Below, in pieces: positions 37,957 through 46,642 of a DNA stretch of 64,000 bases (the stretch's first letter is position 1; each line of letters opens with the position of its first letter). Below the pieces are notes generated by a model, which saw nothing but the letters and a program-made list of their open reading frames with translations, made no database searches and had not been told where the DNA came from. The translations under genes were made by a program, and so were the position numbers. Source of the DNA: Minisyncoccota bacterium (GTDB lineage: Bacteria > Patescibacteriota > Minisyncoccia > Phycocordibacterales > VMEP01). The DNA is taken from NCBI GenBank assembly GCA_041661305.1, contig JBAZUR010000001.1, forward strand, positions 167,077 through 231,076, written 5' to 3'.

Positions 37957-38871
37957 TTATTTTTTCGTTAAAACATCCGCAATTTTTATAAAAAAATCCT
38001 CATCTACTTTCTTTTTATTGTTTATATATTCCCAAAAGAAATCTTTACAATAAAAGGAATATAAATAATAAACTCTATGAAAATTATGATTATTTTTTTG
38101 ATTAAATTTTCCAATTAATAATTCTTCCTTGTCCCTGTATTTTTTAGGATTGTATTTTTGTAAATTATATATATTCTCTTTTTCTCCAAGATAACTAAAA
38201 TCCCAGTTTGAGAATAAGTTTGCAAGTATCTCTCTTGTTATATAATACCCATTTCCAAATTCTTTTTTTAGTAAGAACCATGACTTATAGAAATTCTCTT
38301 CTCTCGGCTTAAAAACTGTTTTAATTTTCTCTAAAACATGATCCCTTTCATATAGATGTGCAAGTTCGTGAACTAAATTAATTTTCAAATTTTCAATATA
38401 ACCTTTGCTTTTTTTGTTTAGCACATAAACATAAATAGAATTTGTTCTGGAGCTTGCACTAGCGCCAACATTTTTTCTGTCCGAATAGGTAGGGATGAGA
38501 TATACGGCGACGTTCTTGACTTTAGTCCCGTAAAAATTCCCCATAGCTTTTACTATGTCCTCAGTCTCAAAATTTTCTATTATATTTTTGGTGAATATAA
38601 AATTTTTGCCATTTCTTATCTCAAAGTCTTTTTTCGAAATTATATTTTCTATATATGAAAATAGTTTTTTTTCTAATTCTTGACCACCTTCTTTTTTTTC
38701 AGTCAACAAAGATTTTATTTCTTTTAAATTTTTATGCGTAAAAAATATTTTTTTTACGTTCAGGAACTCTTCTTTTGCGAAAGATGGAAGCATTTTACCT
38801 TCTTTCTCTTTAATGAAGTTAATTACCAATCTATCAACAAAGACCTTGTAGCCGTAATTTATTTTTAACAT
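37957..38871 (-). CDS. Putative zinc metallopeptidase (HExxH), hypothetical. Very AT-rich.
   Basis: HELAHLYERDH motif with downstream Glu. 304 aa. No signal peptide obvious. Confidence 0.55.
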   Translation of the reverse strand: MLKINYGYKVFVDRLVINFIKEKEGKMLPSFAKEEFLNVKKIFFTHKNLKEIKSLLTEKKEGGQELEKKLFSYIENIISKKDFEIRNGKNFIFTKNIIENFETEDIVKAMGNFYGTKVKNVAVYLIPTYSDRKNVGASASSRTNSIYVYVLNKKSKGYIENLKINLVHELAHLYERDHVLEKIKTVFKPREENFYKSWFLLKKEFGNGYYITREILANLFSNWDFSYLGEKENIYNLQKYNPKKYRDKEELLIGKFNQKNNHNFHRVYYLYSFYCKDFFWEYINNKKKVDEDFFIKIADVLTKK

Positions 38872-38966
38872 ATCGTGGAGTTATTTATTGATAGCTATTT
38901 TAAGATTAATTTAAATGAAAACGGGCAGAAGCGCAAAACTTCTACCCGTATGACCCAGAAAGTGGG

Positions 38967-39053
38967 TCAAGCCGGGGGATTCCCGGGGTTGTTGCCCTGT
39001 TCGTCCGCTGGGGTGGAATCCCAGTCGTCGTCGCCACCAAACAACTTTTTCAT
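38967..39053 (-). CDS. Candidate small ORF (28 aa, MKKLFGGDDDWDSTPADEQGNNPGNPPA) with a strong RBS, inside a GC-rich about 160-bp element upstream of the HExxH gene.
   Basis: AAGGAGA then 7 nt then ATG on the minus strand. Local GC is far above the flanks. Could instead be a structured RNA. Confidence 0.25.
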   Translation of the reverse strand: MKKLFGGDDDWDSTPADEQGNNPGNPPA

Positions 39054-39247
39054 CTGAGTCTCCTTGCGACTTACCGGTTGAGAAATCTCAACCATTTAAT
39101 AATCCAATTAAAGCATGACGCTTTATTTGCGTTGTGTCAACGAGTTTATAATTTTATGGAAATACGGTGTGTTTAGACAAATATAACCTAAAAAAGTGTT
39201 TTAATTTTTTGCCACAATGTGTTACAAGGGGTATATTTTAAAGTAAT

Positions 39248-39700
39248 ATGAAAATAAAGATAAAATCTAAAAAGATTTTAGAAAAATCATACGGTATAAT
39301 TGTTGCTTATAAACAAAGCAGTACGGAGACAAAATACCTTATTATTCAAAGCAAAGGTACGAATGATTGGAGTTTTCCAAAAGGACATGCCGAAAAAGAT
39401 GAAACTTCAGTTGAGACTGCATTAAGAGAACTAAAGGAGGAAACCGGAATCTCGCAAATAAGTCTTATTCCCGATGTGTCATTCTCTGATAAGTACAGAT
39501 ATAAAGCCAATGGTATATGGAATCGAAAACAAGCTACATTCTTTGTTGGTATTACAGATAATCTAAATGTAAAAATACAACAAGAAGAAGTGGTAAATTA
39601 TATCTGGTCTAATTATGATGATGCGGTAAAAATTCTAACTTTTGAAAATCAACGAAAAATCTTGCGTGAAGCCTATTCTAAAATACTAGAAATCAATTAG
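39248..39700 (+). CDS. NUDIX hydrolase (Ap4A/NTP pyrophosphohydrolase-like).
   Basis: Canonical Nudix box GHAEKDETSVETALRELKEETGIS. Confidence 0.8.
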   Translation: MKIKIKSKKILEKSYGIIVAYKQSSTETKYLIIQSKGTNDWSFPKGHAEKDETSVETALRELKEETGISQISLIPDVSFSDKYRYKANGIWNRKQATFFVGITDNLNVKIQQEEVVNYIWSNYDDAVKILTFENQRKILREAYSKILEIN

Positions 39701-39798
39701 TAATAAGTCACAGTGTGTTCCTATGTACTGAAAATAATAATTATAGTATTGTAGTGTAATCCTACATAAACAGATAGATCCAGTTTAAATTGATTTTT

Positions 39799-41139
39799 AT
39801 GACCAAAGTTATTACACGTTTTCCACCTTCCCCAACTGGAGAAATTCATATTGGCAACATGCGAACCATGTTGTTTAATTATTTGTATGCAAAATATTTT
39901 AATGGAGAGATTTTCCTTAGGTTTGAGGATACTGATAAAGAAAGGAGTAAAAAGGAATACGAATCTATTGTCATAGATGGGTTACATGCTTTAGGTTTAA
40001 ATTTTGACCATGGTCCATTCAGGCAATCAGAAAGAGGTGCTATCTATAAAGAAAAATTATTAGAACTCATCAAGCTTGGACGTGCTTATGAAGCTGAAGA
40101 CTCATTGGGTGGTTCTGGAAAAGCCATTAGGTTCAAGAATCCGAACAAAATTATAACCTTTGATGACAAAGTTCGTGGTCATGTATCTATTGATTCAAGT
40201 ATTTTTGGTGACTTTGTTATTGCGAGGAATATTGATAATCCAATTTACCATTTTGCTGTTGTTGTGGATGACATGGATATGGGAGTTACCCATATAATTA
40301 GGGGGGAAGACCATATTACAAGTACTCCTAGGCAGATACTTCTACTAGAAGCTTTGGGTGGGAACATACCCGTTTATGCTCATTTGCCACTCATTGTTGG
40401 CGAAGACAAGAAGAAATTGTCTAAACGACATGGTGCCACCTCTGTCAGCGGTTTTTTAAAGCAAGGTTATTTGCCGTCTGCTTTAGTTAATTATCTTGCA
40501 TTCTTGGGATGGAACCCTGGGGGCGAACGGGAAATATACTCATTAAAAGAGTTAACTGAGATATTTGGTTTGGATAGAGTGGGCAAAAATCCAGCTAAAT
40601 TTGATTACAATAAACTCAATAATATAAATTATCATTACATGATTAATTTATCCGAAGACGAATATAGGACAAATCTTTTTATGTTTTTAAATGAAGAATA
40701 CTCCAAACTTTTTAATGCTAATTTCACTATTTCTAATACAGTAATACAAAATGTAATAAAACCAAGAATAAAAAAGTTTTCGGAAGTGTCGGACATGATC
40801 ACTAACGGGGAACTAGATTATTTTTTTAAGAAGCCACCAGTAAATTATGATTTGATTCGGTTTAAAACTGATTCTATTGAAAAGACAAAAAGCATTCTTG
40901 AAAAGTTAAAGGTATTAATAGGGAACATATCAAGTAATGACTGGAACACGGATGGTTTGAAAAATAATATATCTACGCTTTTTACAGAATACGGTGTTGG
41001 AAATGTTCTCCACCCTCTAAGAGTTGTTTTATCGGGGAAAAAAGAATCTCCAGATCCATTCACGTTAAGCTATATTCTGGGCAAAAAAGAGACTTTGGAG
41101 CGAATTGATTCCTGTCTTGCTAAGCCAAATAATTTGTAA
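39799..41139 (+). CDS. gltX: Glutamyl-tRNA synthetase, copy 1 (within the AT-rich island).
   Basis: PSPTGEIHIGNMRTMLFNYLYA (HIGH region), KLSKRHG (KMSKS), full-length anticodon-binding domain. The ORF-track start at 39790 is TTG; ATG at 39799 (MTKVITRF) preferred. Confidence 0.85.
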   Translation: MTKVITRFPPSPTGEIHIGNMRTMLFNYLYAKYFNGEIFLRFEDTDKERSKKEYESIVIDGLHALGLNFDHGPFRQSERGAIYKEKLLELIKLGRAYEAEDSLGGSGKAIRFKNPNKIITFDDKVRGHVSIDSSIFGDFVIARNIDNPIYHFAVVVDDMDMGVTHIIRGEDHITSTPRQILLLEALGGNIPVYAHLPLIVGEDKKKLSKRHGATSVSGFLKQGYLPSALVNYLAFLGWNPGGEREIYSLKELTEIFGLDRVGKNPAKFDYNKLNNINYHYMINLSEDEYRTNLFMFLNEEYSKLFNANFTISNTVIQNVIKPRIKKFSEVSDMITNGELDYFFKKPPVNYDLIRFKTDSIEKTKSILEKLKVLIGNISSNDWNTDGLKNNISTLFTEYGVGNVLHPLRVVLSGKKESPDPFTLSYILGKKETLERIDSCLAKPNNL

Positions 41140-42038
41140 TGAAATATATTGACAATTCAACTTATAAATATAACAAAACGTACCCAATAGTTAAGTTGTC
41201 GGATATTTATTTAGATCAAAAAGATGAAGGGGTGTTGTTAGAAAAAATTAAAGATTCCCCCTGGTATATATACAGTTCAGATTTGATTAAAAAAAATTCA
41301 TTCCTAAAATTAAAACAAATAATATCGTTAACCAAAGACGTTGAGTTAATAGTAAAAACATATTATCCCAATATTAATATCAAGCACCTTTCTATTGGTG
41401 GATCTTATCTTTTCAAAAACGGAGAGTCCAATGATATTGACTTTAACGTAATAGTTGAGGGTAGCTTTTTTGATTATATGGATGTTTTTGAGTTTGATGA
41501 AATTAATAAAAAATTATTTTCCAAAGTCAAAAAAATATCCTTTATGATTTTTGGCGAGGATGATTTATTGTTTGACACTAATATTGATGACACCATTGAA
41601 ACCACTAATTATATCCATACCTCGCTTTGTATGAGAGAGGGGGTTGTTTTCTCGATTAGAAATATCCTTGTGCATGGGTTCGATATATGTAAAAAAGAAA
41701 TTGACACACATAATTTGATAATAAGAATTAAAAGACAGTTGTATCATGCTCGACTCTTGGTTGACGGTAAGGTTAATATACATACAACACAAGAAGAAAG
41801 ATTAGCAAAAGCAGTTAGTCGTATATGTGAAGCAGCTTTTTACCTATCATTAGTATTTCCAGAATTAAAAATTGACCCCGAATCAGTTTTTGAAAGAGAA
41901 ACGACATTGATTACAGAAGGCAACGCAACTGGCGCTTATAGCTGGCTTAAAGAGGTTGAATTTATAGCAGATAATATTGTTGTGAAAGTTTTAAATAATG
42001 GTTATCATGACTCCGTAAGCCCCTATCGTCTAACGTAG
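41139..42038 (+). CDS. Pol-beta-superfamily nucleotidyltransferase domain protein (about 300 aa; MNT/AbiEii/CCA-like GS...DxD core).
   Basis: LSIGGSYLFKNGESNDIDFNVIV matches the hG[GS]-x(9-13)-DhDh NTase motif. Start ATG overlaps the gltX stop (TAATG). Confidence 0.5.
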   Translation: MKYIDNSTYKYNKTYPIVKLSDIYLDQKDEGVLLEKIKDSPWYIYSSDLIKKNSFLKLKQIISLTKDVELIVKTYYPNINIKHLSIGGSYLFKNGESNDIDFNVIVEGSFFDYMDVFEFDEINKKLFSKVKKISFMIFGEDDLLFDTNIDDTIETTNYIHTSLCMREGVVFSIRNILVHGFDICKKEIDTHNLIIRIKRQLYHARLLVDGKVNIHTTQEERLAKAVSRICEAAFYLSLVFPELKIDPESVFERETTLITEGNATGAYSWLKEVEFIADNIVVKVLNNGYHDSVSPYRLT

Positions 42039-42088
42039 GACGTCATCTAATTGAGATGAAAATTTAGGTTCGATACCTAGTAGGGGTT
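42019..42088 (+). ncRNA. tRNA-like cloverleaf candidate (non-canonical anticodon loop) overlapping the 3' end of the NTase gene.
   Basis: Acceptor GCCCCTA/TAGGGGT (7 bp incl. G:U). D-stem GTC/GAC. Anticodon stem TCATC/GATGA with loop TAATTGA (no U33). T-arm TTAGG-TTCGATA-CCTAG (near-consensus T-loop). Not validated by any tool. Confidence 0.2.
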
Positions 42089-42098
42089 CTAGAAAAAA

Positions 42099-43283
42099 AT
42101 GTCAAAAAAGGTGATATTAAATAGCCAGTGTCTCCCTAAAAAGAACTACCATTGTGGAAACGCTGTCAGTCATATTGTTTCTGAAATATCTTATCTTTTT
42201 TTTACTGAATTTGATAAAAAAAATGATTTTTATTTTGTGAATGATTCTTGGAATTTGCATGGTTTACCATTTGAGACCATGTACGTTGAAAAGTTTGGCT
42301 CAAATATAAATTACGAAAAAATAAAAGATTTTGCCGAGGAATGTATTAATTATGCAAAGCACGAAAAATCTTTTTTTAGCAACATTAAGCTTGGTCCAAA
42401 CATTATTGAGCATTCAGATACTGATCCGGAGTTTGTTAGATATACAACCGATATATTTCATGAATTAATAGATAGTAAAATCATTATTAAGACAGGAAAT
42501 CATTATTCTCTTGATCTATTATCAATTAAGAACACTTTAAATTTTGATGGAATAAAAATATTTCCAAGTCAACATAGAACAACAATAGTAAACGACGCAA
42601 AAATGATAAATGGTTTATATCCGATTACAAAAAATAGAGTTTTTTCGCCAAGTATTAATATAGATAATATTAACTACGTTATAAATCCTATTTTTCAGTC
42701 TTTTGTATATCCTTTGTATATAAGCGAAAAGTATGGATTTAATTACCCGGTTTTTTTGTTTACGAGTTCATCTGGACATGGAATGCTTAAGTGGCATTAT
42801 CTTAGAAATATTGTTTCTTTTGCATTGTCACAAAATCATCCGTATGAAAACCTGGTTTTGCACGGGAATATCCTGGGCGCAAACAATAGAAGAATGAGTA
42901 AACATGACAACAATGTTGTTAAGCCGTCGGATTTATATAAAATTCTACCCGATAGAAGATTTGTTAGGCACGTACTAATCAAGTCTATCTCGGACAAAGA
43001 TTTAATGCTTCAGACTGATATCTCTTTTTCAGAATTTAACAAAATAAAGAATAAATTGGACATAATACACACTAATGAATTTAATATACTAAATCCTAAA
43101 AACTTAAATATTACATTGACTAGTATTAAAAACGATTTAAAAAACTTTAAAATAAAAAAAGCTTTTGATTGTTTTGTTGATTTTATTAGAAGAGCCCAGA
43201 TAGTACAAACAGATAGCGTTGTTGATGGCGAGTTTCTTGAGTTAATAAAAATCTGTAATGTTTTTTATGGAAACAAAAAATAA
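42099..43283 (+). CDS. Degenerate GluRS-like class-I aaRS paralog (394 aa); catalytic motifs mutated.
   Basis: NYHCGNAVSHIVSEISYLF aligns with the GluRS HIGH region (HIGN..RTxLFNxLxA). VLHGNILGANNRRMSKHDNNVV aligns with the GluRS HLPLI....KLSKRHG block. Confidence 0.5.
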   Translation: MSKKVILNSQCLPKKNYHCGNAVSHIVSEISYLFFTEFDKKNDFYFVNDSWNLHGLPFETMYVEKFGSNINYEKIKDFAEECINYAKHEKSFFSNIKLGPNIIEHSDTDPEFVRYTTDIFHELIDSKIIIKTGNHYSLDLLSIKNTLNFDGIKIFPSQHRTTIVNDAKMINGLYPITKNRVFSPSINIDNINYVINPIFQSFVYPLYISEKYGFNYPVFLFTSSSGHGMLKWHYLRNIVSFALSQNHPYENLVLHGNILGANNRRMSKHDNNVVKPSDLYKILPDRRFVRHVLIKSISDKDLMLQTDISFSEFNKIKNKLDIIHTNEFNILNPKNLNITLTSIKNDLKNFKIKKAFDCFVDFIRRAQIVQTDSVVDGEFLELIKICNVFYGNKK

Positions 43284-43369
43284 TACCTAGAATTCATAAG
43301 ACTTTTGGGGTATAATTTTTCCATGAGTCTTTATAAAATTTCTTATATTTTGGTGCGTGAAGTAAAAAT

Positions 43370-44059
43370 ATGAAGCACCAAGATAATTTACTGCTTGAAA
43401 CTGCTTACCACGTAATAAGAATAATTCTCTCCCCTTTAGTTAAGTTGTTTTGGATTAAACAAGTGGTCGGCCTTGAGAATATACCGCAAAAAGGTGCTGT
43501 AATATTTGCTTTTAACCACCAAAGTTACTTTGATTTTATTTGTTTTATTGCTGTGTGCCCTCGCCATGTTCATTATCTTTCAGCAGAAAAATTTTTCACC
43601 AACTCTTTTTGGAACCCAATCATGAAAATAATGGGACAAATTAGAGTTGAAAGAACAAGTAAAGATAAAAGAGCGCTACATAATTTAATTCAAAAACATT
43701 TGGAAAACGGTAAAATTATTGGGATTTTTCCAGAGGGGACAAGGTCCCCACACCCCGAGAAAATGCTTGAAGCCTATAGTGGAGTAGCTCGATATTCATA
43801 TCACGGCAATGTTCCCGTTATCCCTGTAGGGATTAAGGGAGCATATGAGGTAATGTCTCGTTTTGACAAAAAACCAAAAGTTAGAAAAAGTATCGAAATT
43901 ATTATCGATAAACCAATTGACTTGTCGCCGTATCATCACAGTAAATTAAACCGAAAAGCTTTTAAGGTGATAACAAATAAAATAATGGTAAGAATTGCAG
44001 AACTTTCAGGAAAAGCTTATCCATATAAAATTTATCCTCCATGGCCACAGAAAATCTAG
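43370..44059 (+). CDS. 1-acyl-sn-glycerol-3-phosphate acyltransferase-like (PlsC family), copy 2.
   Basis: VIFAFNHQSYFDFI (HX4D-type block), IFPEGTRSP. Confidence 0.75.
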   Translation: MKHQDNLLLETAYHVIRIILSPLVKLFWIKQVVGLENIPQKGAVIFAFNHQSYFDFICFIAVCPRHVHYLSAEKFFTNSFWNPIMKIMGQIRVERTSKDKRALHNLIQKHLENGKIIGIFPEGTRSPHPEKMLEAYSGVARYSYHGNVPVIPVGIKGAYEVMSRFDKKPKVRKSIEIIIDKPIDLSPYHHSKLNRKAFKVITNKIMVRIAELSGKAYPYKIYPPWPQKI

Positions 44060-44706
44060 CAATTTTTGATATTGACGGAACGCTAATTCGTGGGCAAAGC
44101 CAGAAGTCTTTGCTTATGTTTCTTTACAGCGGGGGTTATATTTCACATTGGTATTATTTCAAAATAATGATTTGGTTCATCTTATATCAACTGCACTTCA
44201 TCGATAGTCCAAAAAAAGTAATGGAGTACGCTTTTTCTGTTTTTAAGAATACTCGAGAAGATAGAGCAAAAGAAATTATTGATGAATATTTTGAATTACA
44301 TTTAAAATATAAATTTTATAATGATGGCTTGAAGCTTATTGAGCAACTAAAGGGAGAGGGGTACAGAATTATATTGATATCAAATGCTATTAATTTGATT
44401 GTAGAGAGGATTGAAAAATACCTCAAAGCTGATGATTCAATTGGAACAATACTCGAGGTAGTTGACGGGCGACTTACTGGAAAGATTGATGGTTCAATCG
44501 TATATGGTTTAGAAAAAAAGAGGGTACTTGAAGAATATTCACGCAAAAACGACATAAAATTAAGCAATGCTTCTGCCTACGGAGACCATATTTCAGATAT
44601 CTCTATGTTAGAATTGGTAGGTCACCCATTTGTTGTTAACCCATCAAATAGGCTAAGTAGTATTGCAATCAAAAAGGGGTGGCCAATATTGATTTTTAAA
44701 AACTGA
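44041..44706 (+). CDS. HAD-superfamily hydrolase, subfamily IB (phosphoserine-phosphatase-like).
   Basis: Motif I IFDIDGTL. Capped HAD-IB architecture. Motif III/IV (GDHISD). Confidence 0.7.
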   Translation: MATENLAIFDIDGTLIRGQSQKSLLMFLYSGGYISHWYYFKIMIWFILYQLHFIDSPKKVMEYAFSVFKNTREDRAKEIIDEYFELHLKYKFYNDGLKLIEQLKGEGYRIILISNAINLIVERIEKYLKADDSIGTILEVVDGRLTGKIDGSIVYGLEKKRVLEEYSRKNDIKLSNASAYGDHISDISMLELVGHPFVVNPSNRLSSIAIKKGWPILIFKN

Positions 44707-44707
44707 A

Positions 44708-46297
44708 ATGAACCTTTTTTACATATCAAGTATTCTTATTTTTTTCGCCAGCTTAGCATTTGGGCTATTTGTTTATGTTAATAACACAAGAGCAAGGTTA
44801 AATAGCTCGTGGTTTTTATTTTCGTCCCTAATTGCTTTTTGGGGGTTTTCTCTTTATGGGGTGACTTCAGCAAAAGATATTGAGACCGCAATGTTATGGC
44901 AATATGCACTTGATGTAATTGCGATTTTCATTCCCGTTCTCTATGTAAATTTTATTTTAAGTTTTCTTGGAATAAAAAATAAAGTAGTCATCTATACAAC
45001 CTTTATTATAGGGTTATTATTGGCAATTTTAAGTACCACAGAATTTTTTAAGGTTGGAATAATAGATCGGTTTGGTTTTTATTGGATAAATCCCGGGCCT
45101 TACTACTTACTCTTTCCAGCGTTCTTTATTCTTTGTGTTATATACGCTTTGTTTCTTCTTTTTCAGGCATACACAAATGACAAAAATAATAAGCGTTTAC
45201 GTGCACAAATACGACTTCAGATAATTGCTGGTGTGATTGGTTTTAGTGGTGGAATTACGAATTTTTTACCACAATTTTTCAACATTTTTCCGTTCGGTAA
45301 TTATTTTGTTCTACTTTATATTTTTTTCATTAGTTATTCTATTATTAAATATAAATTTTTTGATCTCAAAACAGCTGCAACTGAATTATTCGCGGGCGGT
45401 GTTGTTATCTTATTTTTCTTTAATTTGCTTACGTCTGTCACCATTCAAGATTGGCTTATTAGGGCATTACTATTAGCTCTCGTGTCATTCTTTAGTGTTC
45501 TTATTGTGCGCGGTGTTTCAAAAGAAGTTAGGGCGCGCGAACAAATTGAGTTGTTGGCCAACGATTTAAAAATCGCGAATGAGCGTCTGCAATTTTTGGA
45601 CAAACAAAAATCGGAATTCGTTTCCATCGCCTCGCATCAACTAAGAAGCCCACTCACGGCCATTAAAGGATATACATCAATGGTTCTTGAAGGTTCGTTT
45701 GGTTTTATTGAGCCAAAAACAAGAGAGGCTGTTGATAGAATTTTTCAATCAGCGCAAAATCTTGTGGGAATTGTTGACGATCTTCTTAATATAACTCGTC
45801 TTGAGCAAGGGAGAATGGAATACTCTTTTGAAAAAGTTGATTTATCAGCACTGACAAAAGAAATTGTTGATTCACTTTACCCGAATGCATTAAATAAAAA
45901 ATTAGGCTTAACTTTTGAAAACGACAAAGCTACGGATTATTTTGTTAATGCTGACTTACTTAAAATTCGACAGGTCGTACTCAATTTGGTTGATAATGCA
46001 ATTAAATATACGCGCGAGGGAGCAGTTAAGGTAAATGTTTCTAAAATTAATAATGGAAAAGGAGTGCGCGTTGCTGTTGCCGACACCGGTGTTGGAATTA
46101 CCCCCGAGCTCCGTTCACGTCTTTTTGAAAAATTTAGTCGTGGCGATGAGGTTAGCAAGTTGCACACAAATGGCACAGGTCTTGGTTTGTATATCGCCAA
46201 GCAAATGATTGAGGCCCACAAAGGGACTATTGGTGTTAATTCTGACGGAGAGGGTAAGGGCTCAACATTCTATATAGAAATACCTACGCTTAATTAA
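44708..46297 (+). CDS. Sensor histidine kinase with N-terminal multi-TM sensor domain. Orphan, as no response regulator is adjacent.
   Basis: About 7 TM helices. HisKA H-box (VSIASHQLRSPLTAIKGY). HATPase_c N/G boxes (LVDNAIKYT, DTGVGI, GTGLGL). Confidence 0.8.
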   Translation: MNLFYISSILIFFASLAFGLFVYVNNTRARLNSSWFLFSSLIAFWGFSLYGVTSAKDIETAMLWQYALDVIAIFIPVLYVNFILSFLGIKNKVVIYTTFIIGLLLAILSTTEFFKVGIIDRFGFYWINPGPYYLLFPAFFILCVIYALFLLFQAYTNDKNNKRLRAQIRLQIIAGVIGFSGGITNFLPQFFNIFPFGNYFVLLYIFFISYSIIKYKFFDLKTAATELFAGGVVILFFFNLLTSVTIQDWLIRALLLALVSFFSVLIVRGVSKEVRAREQIELLANDLKIANERLQFLDKQKSEFVSIASHQLRSPLTAIKGYTSMVLEGSFGFIEPKTREAVDRIFQSAQNLVGIVDDLLNITRLEQGRMEYSFEKVDLSALTKEIVDSLYPNALNKKLGLTFENDKATDYFVNADLLKIRQVVLNLVDNAIKYTREGAVKVNVSKINNGKGVRVAVADTGVGITPELRSRLFEKFSRGDEVSKLHTNGTGLGLYIAKQMIEAHKGTIGVNSDGEGKGSTFYIEIPTLN

Positions 46298-46387
46298 TTT
46301 TTTTGATATAGACCAGTATTAATATACATGCTACTATCTTTATGATTAGTCAATCCTGACTGATGCTATTTTTTATGGAGGTGTAAT

Positions 46388-46588
46388 ATGGGTTGGTTTG
46401 GCTGGGGTTCTGATGGAAAGGGCGGGGATGTGAATGTGAAAGTCACACACACCCCTACAACAACCAAAACAGAGGTGTTGAAATCCTCTGACGGTGATCG
46501 TAGCAACCACTCTCACCAGGGTATCACACACAACGTTTTTACAGGCAAAACATCCAGTTTTCACGCTGACCCGAAAAAGAGCCGCTGA
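46388..46588 (+). CDS. Small Gly/Ser/Asp-rich 'MGW' protein, paralog A (66 aa).
   Basis: GGAGG RBS 6 nt upstream. Homologous to the 49242..49445 ORF (MGWFGWGSD...TEVLKSSDGD.SNHSHQGITH vs MGWGNWFSD...YEVLRDTGGSKSDHQHII). Confidence 0.55.
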   Translation: MGWFGWGSDGKGGDVNVKVTHTPTTTKTEVLKSSDGDRSNHSHQGITHNVFTGKTSSFHADPKKSR

Positions 46589-46607
46589 GATTTGCCTGCC
46601 TTCACTT

Positions 46608-46635
46608 AAAGCGTTTTTGTTTTCAAGAACGCTTT
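46608..46635. terminator. Hairpin AAAGCGTT-loop-AACGCTTT followed by a T-run between convergent genes.
   Basis: Read directly. 8-bp stem, 12-nt loop, TTTTTTT. Confidence 0.45.
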
Positions 46636-46642
46636 TTTTATT

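Noticed and set aside
38875-39057. 60-aa plus-strand ORF across the GC-rich element.
   Set aside because: No RBS. The translation is a low-complexity read of GC-rich DNA. The minus-strand 28-aa ORF with a strong SD, or an RNA, explains the region better.
38890-39060. tmRNA or tRNA gene in the GC-rich element (the segment ends ...GCCACCA, with a T-loop-like CTGGGGTGGAATCCCAG).
   Set aside because: I could not find the complementary 5' acceptor strand, a resume codon, or a tag reading frame. The partial resemblance to a T-arm is not enough.
42019-42088. Calling the tRNA-like fold a bona fide tRNA gene.
   Set aside because: The anticodon loop lacks U33, the D-stem is only 3 bp with no GG in the D-loop, and it overlaps a stop codon. 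It is kept only as a low-confidence tRNA-like element.
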